Source: the human T2T-CHM13v2.0 reference genome, Homo sapiens
Assembly (NCBI RefSeq): GCF_009914755.1
Contig: NC_060928.1
DNA: 64,000 bases
Direction: 5' to 3' (one strand)
The translations under genes were made by a program, and so were the position numbers. Positions 56,051 to 64,000 of the stretch are shown piece by piece (the stretch's first letter is position 1; every line of letters starts with the position of its first letter). The notes under the pieces are model-generated. The model ran no database searches, was not told the origin of the DNA, and worked only from the letters and a program-made list of their open reading frames with translations.

Positions 56051-57494
56051 TTATATACCCAAATTGCTACCATCCTCCTCAATAAACAATTTACCTCTTA
56101 TGTCTCTTCACAGTTTTTCTGCAATGCTAATATTCTCCCCTAGGAAGGGATCTCTTTTCTTTGTAGTGTCATTGAGTTTTCTGCATATGTCTCTCCTATT
56201 TGTCTTAGCTTAGCTCTATTTCTTAGGCAGCTCTGGGTCTTTCTGGGCACCTGTATTCTAGTGATTCCTCAACTCATTAGGAGTCTTGGCAACAATGAGG
56301 CATAATCTATGGCAGGACACATATGGCTGTATAGTGCCCAACACACTCTTATCTTTTGGCTCTATGTTACCTTGGTGAATGTGTTCATTCCTTCATTAAC
56401 TTATTAATTTACAAATATATATAGAGAGAGCACCTTCAGCAGTAGATACTAGGTCAGCTTGTGGGGATACAACAAGGAACAAATGGAAAGATCATTTTGG
56501 AGTTTAGAGAGGTTTTTTTCTGGCCAACCCAGGAAGAGGATGAGTTCTGAGAGAGTTTAAGAGAAAGGCAAGCATTTCATTTGCTTTTGACTAATGAATG
56601 AATGCTGCCTTATCAAAAGCAAAAAAACCCAAGAGTTTTCTCATTATCCATAAAATTAAAAATAATGGCTTAGGTGAACAGTCATCTTTCTCTGGCCGAA
56701 TGCTAAGCTCATTTCCGTTTTCCCAAATCTCCTGGAGAGAAGAACACCTCTCCAGTGTCAATGCTACCTAAAAATGCAGGAACTGATGACCACAAGGAAG
56801 CAGGCACTGATGTCTGTGATGACTTGGATAGAGGAGGTAGGAATACTGGTAAAGAGTTAGAGACTGGAATAGAGCCATCATAGGCTTCCAAAGGCCAATG
56901 CTTTGGAGGAAGCCATTCATTCTCTCTGTGTATTACATCTTGAGGAGTGTGGGATTGGATGTTGTCGAAGCTCCCTCTGAACTCCTGCCATTTGAAATTT
57001 TATCATTATGATTAATAAAGTTCAGAATCAATCAGGAGGCAATGAACAAATACCAAAAAAAAAAATCACCGTAGGCTAATATAAGGAAATGATTTAGTTG
57101 ATGGTTAGAGACATTGAAAGAGAAATAGGAACTCTGGAACTTTATAAACTTTGAGAAGTTATTTTAGGTGCAAAAGTCCAGGTTTTTTTTGCAATGGTGG
57201 CTCATAAGGCTCATACAGATTCTCAAATCACCTCTTCTTTCTAGCAGTGGCAGCTCACAAATCAGTGCTTATTGGCCATTTTCTCTCTGCTGAGGAGTTT
57301 TCTCACCAGGCTTATGGGAGAGAAATGGCTAGAACCAGTCCTTCACTTATGGGCCCATGGATCCTGTTGCTTTCTCTATGCTTAGTTCTTTCAGCATTTC
57401 AGGTTTCAAGCCTCTTGAGTGTGGCTATTAAGAGGCCGCTTGAGTGCCGTCTCCCCATGTTCTGCACATCAAGCCATGAACACGTATCCATGGA

Positions 57495-57628
57495 CAGCAT
57501 GTCCACATAATGAATCATTCCAAACTGGGACACTCTGGAGTGTGCATGAGGACACTATTAATAGTTATGCTGGGGAACCAGTGAAAACTGGGACTTTCTT
57601 GAGCAAACTAGACCTTATGCACACCTAT
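57495..57628. mobile_element. MER94-like hAT-Blackjack fossil
   Basis: 'tccaaactgggacact...cactattaatagttatgctggg...aaactgggact...gcaaactag...caccta'. Confidence 0.7.
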
Positions 57629-58861
57629 CCATTGAGCACTAGCTATTTAGAAGTGAAGAGATTACATATCATAGAAACATAGGTACCTAACCAGGTCACC
57701 ACTTCTAGTAAGGCACCATTGTCCCTATTTGTCAACATAGCCGTCTACACTCCACCTCCCACAGTCTACAAATCCCTTCAAATGTCTCATTTGCTTGCTT
57801 TGTTCGAAACAACCAATGATGGATGGCTAATTGCCTCATAGGAAGTCCCTTCAATTTGTCAATTTGCTAAAAATTAGGTAAATAAATGAATCATCCATAT
57901 TTTATCCCCCTATCTTATAAAAATTCATTCTAATCTTTGGCATTTTCACTTTCTCCATGATTAATTCTACCATTCAAAGAAAACAAACAAATGAGAAACC
58001 CTTTAAAATTAGTGAAATAATTGTGCTGCTCATGCTACTCTGTGAAAAAGGCTGTTGATAAAAAAAACTATGACCTGATCTCAAACATTAAATGGTTTAG
58101 AAGTGAGACCTTCATAATCTGATTGAAGGGATCACATTGAGAATTGTTTTTATCTTAGCTTATATGCTTTCCGATGTGTCCTATCTCCCCAGCACAGAGC
58201 TTTACTCTTGGAGAATATTAAGCATGGATTTCTACTTAATTAGTTAATACTATGGATAGCTGCAATTTTATATTTTCAACTTATTGTTTCTGGCAATGAA
58301 GGGTATTATCAATGAACTTCAGTTTTACAGCAAATAATCTGACTATAGAGATAACCAAAAAAAGTGCTGCAGTAATTGCCTCTATGCATCCAAATCTGTC
58401 TTTACCATGGAGGAAGAGGAAATTTCAGGGCATTTCAAGGCATGCAAGTTAGAGGAAAGGGTCATGATTCTTTGGCTTGGAGGGTTTAATCTGCACATTC
58501 TGCTTGATCTAAAAATTTTAAGGGCCTTTTATACCCATAAGCTCTCTTCTTTCTAAAGAGGCTATCCCTCCCTGGTGGTGAGTTATTCATAGAAATATTG
58601 CATATAGTAATTATAGTAAAAATAGCATTCTACATTTGCATAGCAGATTATAGTTTACAAAGTAGTTTTGCACACTCATCATCTCATATGACCCTCTCCG
58701 CAACCATTGAAGAAAGTGTTTTTGGTAGAGAATGTTATTAATTCACAAAACTTGATTTTCTTTTCCTTCTGGGCAAACACGAGCTATTTCCCAGGTTTCC
58801 TTGAAGTTAGGTGTGCCCATGTCCTGGCCAATGGAATGGGCAGAAGTGAAATATGCTATGA

Positions 58862-59162
58862 TTTTTTTTTTTTTTTTTTTTGAGACAGAGTCTCACTGTG
58901 TCACCCAGGCTGGAGTGCAGTGGCATGATCTTGGTTCACTGTAATCTCCGCCTCCGGAGTTCCCATGATTCTCCTGTCTCAGCCTCCTGAATTGCTGGGA
59001 TTACAGGTGCACACTGCCATGCCCGGCTAATTTGTTGTATTTTAGTAGAGAATGGATTTCACCATATTGCCCAGGCTGGTCTCGAACTCCTGAGCTCAGG
59101 AATTCACCTGCCTCAGCCTCCCAAAGTGCTAGAATTACAGGCGTGAGCCACTGTGCCTGGCC
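58862..59162 (-). mobile_element. Alu (old AluS-type)
   Basis: Poly(T) plus reverse dimer; TSD atgctatg. Confidence 0.96.
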
Positions 59163-59292
59163 ATGCTATGCTATTTTTAAGCTTAGCCCATTACAAACTC
59201 CTGCCGTTCGTCATGCTCTGATTTTCCCCCATCAACCAGCTGGTTGCAAAGAATCCATAAGATGACTTCAATAACCCACAGTGGAGGGGAGG

Positions 59293-59497
59293 GGGTTCTA
59301 AAAACTAGCGCCAGTTGGTAAAATCTGGCTTGCCACCTGTTTTTGTATATAAAGATTTATTGAAACTAGCCACACTGATTTGTTTACTATTGTCAATGGC
59401 TGCCTTTGCACCACAACAGCATAATTGAGTAGTTGTGACATATGGCCTATAAAGCCTAAAATATTCGCTATCTGGCCCTTAACAAACAGTAAAGGGG
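59293..59497. mobile_element. MER58A hAT-Charlie fossil
   Basis: 'aaatctggcttgccacctgtttttgtatataaagatttattgaaac..agccacac...aaagcctaaaatatt..ctatctggccctt'. Confidence 0.85.
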
Positions 59498-59509
59498 CTG
59501 ACCAATACA

Positions 59510-59589
59510 CAAGATTAAAAGAGCCTGGATCCCCGAGTCACTGCAGTCCTCCACGCAGTGACTCAGGGATCCAGGCTCTTTCAATCTTG
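59510..59589. repeat. Near-perfect inverted repeat, 35-bp arms, 10-nt loop
   Basis: caagattaaaagagcctggatccccgagtcactgc / gcagtgactcagggatccaggctctttcaatcttg, 33 of 35 pairs Watson-Crick. Confidence 0.96.
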
Positions 59590-59596
59590 CAGATTT

Positions 59597-60729
59597 GAAT
59601 CCTACTAGAAATATAATCCTAATTGTTATTGGCATCTGTCCATTTGAGACCTACAAACTTTATCTTATTTGGAGGAATGTAGAATTTACACTGTGAGGAG
59701 ATTTTGGAGGTGAGGAGTCATTGAAGGCAAGGGACATATTGAAGTAGAGCAAGCTAAATGTCCACACTTAACTGTTACATCAAGAAGTGACCTTCCATTG
59801 TGTTTAGCCACTGAGGTTTGAATGTATTTGTGTCAATCACTCTCCTACCTTTGTTAACATAATTTTCTTATATTCAATTTATAGATGAGATAATGAAGAT
59901 CAGATAAATTGTTATTTATTTAAGCTTACTTCATACTAGTTAAGAAACTAGTAGCTGTAGACAATGTAGAAGCTTAACTAACCCAGGTATTTCAATTCCA
60001 ATGCCAGTGTACTTTTCAACACATCCAAGTTGTCAATACTGAACTTATTATATCAAGAATATTTAATACTATAAACTAAACACAGTACTTAAATGCTGAA
60101 AGTTTAGTCAAGAGTAATATGCCTTTCAAAGCATCCAACAGAATACAGAAAACCATATTGGAAAAAGGAATGTTGTAATATCCTCTTTTTTGTTGTTGTA
60201 TACTGGTAAAATTGGGGCTTGGTGACGTTAGTTGATTTTCAAAAATAGTGATACAGATTATGATAATCAAGTGATAAAAGGTGTTACAGAGGATTAAATG
60301 AGGTCTTCGAATTATCATTAGTGTCTGTCTCTTCAGCCAAGTCAACAGAAAGAAAAAAAAATATGAAAAAAAGAAATCTGTAAGGCAGTTGCTACTGTTA
60401 TTACCAAGAGAAGATTTTTAGTGTAAGAATAAGGCTGTCAGGAAAATCACTGAGGCTTCAACTGCGTGATGTCTGGGTTTCATCATCTTTGAGGAGGGAT
60501 CTCTGGGATATTTGGTTTAGCGAACATCTTGGTGATTTGCAGACGTGTTGAGGCATTGTTAATGGGTACCTTCTGTTGGGTAGAATCCCACTAAAAATAT
60601 AATCCTAATTGTTATTGGGGTCTGTCCATTTGGTACCTACAAACTTCCTCTTGTTTAGAGGAACTAAGAATTGATACTGTGAGGCTATTTTTGGAGTGAG
60701 GAGTTATTGAGGGCAAGGGGCATATTGAA
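59597..60729. repeat. 147-bp dispersed direct duplication (59597-59743 and 60583-60729)
   Basis: Shared 'aaatataatcctaattgttattgg..tctgtccatttg..acctacaaactt' etc., about 85% identity by eye. Confidence 0.93.
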
Positions 60730-62189
60730 TCAGTGGAGACTTGGACTGTCAGGATGCTGTGCAGAATGGGCAATAAAAATCAGAGACCAAATTATGCAAT
60801 AATTCCCAGAACACTAGAGGAGATGGGGCAGGAATGTATCCGCTAATTCCATATGACACAGTTGATGTCTTTCTCATTATATACCATATTAGCATAATAT
60901 GAATAAATCCTGGGACTCTCCCTAGCGCAGTCTCACTGCAGAGTCATAGTCAAAGGACTATAGTCCAACGTCCTGGAGTAATAAGAATGTTATAGTTTTA
61001 TTTGAATTTATTCAATAACGTCAAACGAGTGCCATTTTATTCCTTTCATTCTCCTAGCTGCTTGCCAGTATCTACTCATTTGTCCCAATTTTTGTTTTCC
61101 TTTTTGTCTTTTAGTTTTCTGTGAAATGCTTCTCTACACCCATTTCTGTGGACTCCACTTTTCTTTCCCCATCCCGTTTCTCTTTGATTACCCTGCAAAA
61201 TGCTTCCTTTGTGGGCTTTATGGGTGTGTGTGTGTTGCGGGGGGAGGGGAGTCGTGAGGGTTAGGAAAAAGGAAGGGGCTGTATATACTTATACATTAAT
61301 TATTTTTGTCCCTATTGATTTAGAAAGTCAAAAACTAAGAGAAAATATTTGGGGATAAAGTAAAAGTAGACTATAAAATCCCTGTTGTAAACCAACTAGC
61401 TTTCGACTGAATAGTAAGCAGAAATCGTTAGCTTTATTAGATCAGGAATCAATAAGCCTTGATCATCTTTACTTTGAGGTACGTGGCCTTTGCAGGGTCC
61501 ATTGAAGTTTACATTAGGGTTGCCTGAGAACAGATGTTAAACAGACAGTGCTTTTTACTTCTGTAAGCTAATAAGATATTATTAGGTGCATTCTAAAACA
61601 TCTCTCCACCCATCACTTATTCCTGACCATCCCATCATCTTCCTCTTTTCACTCTGGCATGGAGACCTAATCTAGCCAAATGAGCTAACTGAGAAATAAC
61701 ATTTATTAGAGCCAGACATTAAACAAAGTGACTATGAACAAATGGTGTTGCAGCTGCCTTGCCAGTACCTACTGTCACAAAATACTTGTGGGATAAATAA
61801 AAATTAATACAACCTGGAGGTGATATTTAGGAGTCTTGGCCTTGACAATCACATAAGTATACATGAGGAAGTTGCATCCTTGGAGGTAACCCAGTTTAAT
61901 TAATTGGAGCTTGCACTAGAGAAGAGATCATGAAAAACTCAAGCTAAATGAAATGGTACATAACCATAACAAAAGCTTCTTCTTTTTACCAGCTTGAAAG
62001 GAAAGTAGCTTTGAATTTGGGAGTATATTCTGTTGGATCACACATTAGCTCTTTTTATAGGTCGAAAATGGTTGAGTATCAGGAATTTCATGTGGTGTCA
62101 GCCTGATGTGCATTTTGCCTTTGATTGAAACAGTTTGTAAGACATTTAGTAGTCATGTTTAAATGCTACATTTGAAATTCCACATTGGT

Positions 62190-62420
62190 GGGGGAAGAAC
62201 ACTGGTTGAGGCTAGAGCATAGTATGGATTCAAAATCCTGTTTATGCATTTTTTTATTGTACTACCTTGGAGAAGGTAATACTACTTACTTGCCTCAGTT
62301 TTGTCATCTGTAAAATGGGAATTAAATGTTTTTTGGCTTTGGGGGAAGGAGGATTGCAATAACGTGTGAGAAAAATGCCTATCTGGCACAGGGCCATCAC
62401 ACAAGAGGGCATGTACACCT
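62190..62420 (+). mobile_element. MIR fragment
   Basis: 'tgcctcagttttgtcatctgtaaaatgggaatta'. Confidence 0.75.
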
Positions 62421-63149
62421 TCCCAGAAAAGTGCTTATTTAAGTTAACACAGACTACTGCAATTGAGTCACATACAGTTATTAGAAACAAGTGGGCGGCT
62501 CCATAATCAAGCAATACCATATCATTAAATAACATTTAGGAGAGACTTCTATTTGCTGGGCATTGTGTGAGGGGCTAAGGATGGAGGAACACAGTCTTTG
62601 CAAAATGTCAATCACTCTGGGTTTTTTTCTTTAGCTTCAAGGAGCACTGGCTGGAATTCTTACACATTGATGATTAATATCTAGGTACTGGGTAGCTAGA
62701 AAACGGATTTTAAAAATATCACCAAATTCTGCATGATTTGGCTTTAGAAAGAAGCATTGATTTCAGTGGGGAAACTTTTGTCTCTCAAGGTTATGTTTGT
62801 GAGATATTAGGCTACAAAGCATGGGCACGAGGTCACGCATTTTACTCATTTAGGCGTTCCTCAGGTGCAGTACCATGTGTGACCTTGCTCAGCTATCCAA
62901 ACGAAAATGAAAGATTACCCAAAATCAGATTTGTATAAGAAATTACTTTGCGAGTCATAGCTGATTTCTCAGTGTTTGTTTTTCTCTTTCAGCTGAACCA
63001 TTTCTTTCTCTTGGTCTGAAATCCCCTAGATGGCACTAGAGAATACTATATTTAAGTGGTTTATATAATACCCTTCAGTAAATGAGGGCAAGTAATTTTT
63101 ATTTTTCTGCAAATAAACATTAATAAGAAGTTGAACAGGATGAAATGCA

Positions 63150-63700
63150 ATGTGCGAGGTTAGCATTTATTCATTCTTTATTTAAAAGATATAGTAAATG
63201 CTCCTTGAAAGTGAATGTAGGTAATTTAAATGTGGGTGCCTCACAATCAGTCTTAGATATTTTAATTAGAATAAAATTCATTTGGTGCAGGCAAAAAGAC
63301 ACAGCAGAGATCTTGAGGCTGATTGTTGGCTCAAATGACATTTATATCAGAGCCATAACACAGTATCAGGGTCTCATAGGAGGGAGTGGGTTTAAATGGG
63401 GCCCAGAGCTCACATGGCCCGGGAAATGAGCGGGTAAGATGAGTGAAGAGGCCTGGCTGTAACATTATGGGATGTGATGGTATATGTGGCTACTGGGCCC
63501 ACACACCAGTGAGAAACAGGGTAGGTCTGGTGTGGCCCACAGGCTTTGAAGTGGCAAGGTTTGTAGATCTAATCCAGATTGTTTTTCAGTCAGAAACTTA
63601 AGGCTAAGATAATGTGCCTTATCAAAGATCACAGAGCAAATTTGTGATAAAGTTAGGGTTTAAATTCCATTTTCCTGACTTTACTCTCTCCTCTTTGCCA
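63150..63700 (-). mobile_element. L2 relic followed by a MIR fragment
   Basis: 'atttattcattctttattt...' L2 tail; 'gaaacttaaggctaagataatgtgccttatcaaagatcacagagc' MIR core. Confidence 0.5.
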
Positions 63701-64000
63701 TTGCACCATAATATGCCAAAGATGTCTCCAGCAATGTCTCTAGCACCTCACACTCCCCTAATCTCTTCATTGTTCTTTCCTTATCCTCCTTTCAGAAGTT
63801 CAATGTTCTTGTAACCACATGCAAGCTTGGGTGCTCTAAGTTGCTAGTGGGTTGAGCACTCCCAACTTAGGATGCTTCAACAGTAAGGCAGTTTTATTCC
63901 ACTCTAACAGGAACCTCGAGGTGGGGTGGCTCCAGGGTTTGCTAATTCAGCAGATCAGTGACACTATCTGGGGGCCAGTGTTTTTCCTTTTTTGTACTCT

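Larger units (their letters stand above)
58721..59860 (+). mobile_element. MLT1 (I/J-like) LTR inserted in a MIR and interrupted by an Alu, MER58 and a fold-back/templated insert
   Basis: 'tatttcccaggtttccttgaagttaggtgtgcccatg..ctggccaatggaatgggcagaagtga', 'caagattaaaagagcctggatccc', 'ttgtgtttagccactgagg'. Confidence 0.65.

Noticed and set aside
62970-62995. Strong splice-acceptor-like tract tgtttgtttttctctttcag
   Set aside because: No matching donor or reading frame identified; isolated sites are common

Overview
This is primate (very probably human) non-coding DNA, AT-rich and CpG-depleted, with no CpG island, credible protein-coding exon, RNA gene or CRISPR array. The supplied ORFs are chance or repeat-derived. 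Much of the window is recognisable interspersed repeat: six Alus, a full-length THE1 provirus nested in an older MLT1 element, solo MaLR/ERV LTRs (many with readable target-site duplications, TSDs), a truncated L1PA, hAT DNA-transposon fossils, and many MIR and L2 relics. Subfamily names are from memory of consensus sequences and need RepeatMasker/Dfam confirmation. I cannot support a new multi-gene system. The structure the repeats do not explain is: (i) a 35-bp-arm fold-back hairpin (59510-59589) fused to a templated copy of sequence about 1 kb away; (ii) several other short local duplications, one flanked by an exact 15-bp repeat; (iii) an orphan polyadenylated retro-insertion of about 180 bp with TSDs (52289-52468); (iv) a perfect 18-bp-arm hairpin in unique DNA; and (v) two LTRs followed by consensus splice donors, which are possible lncRNA first exons.
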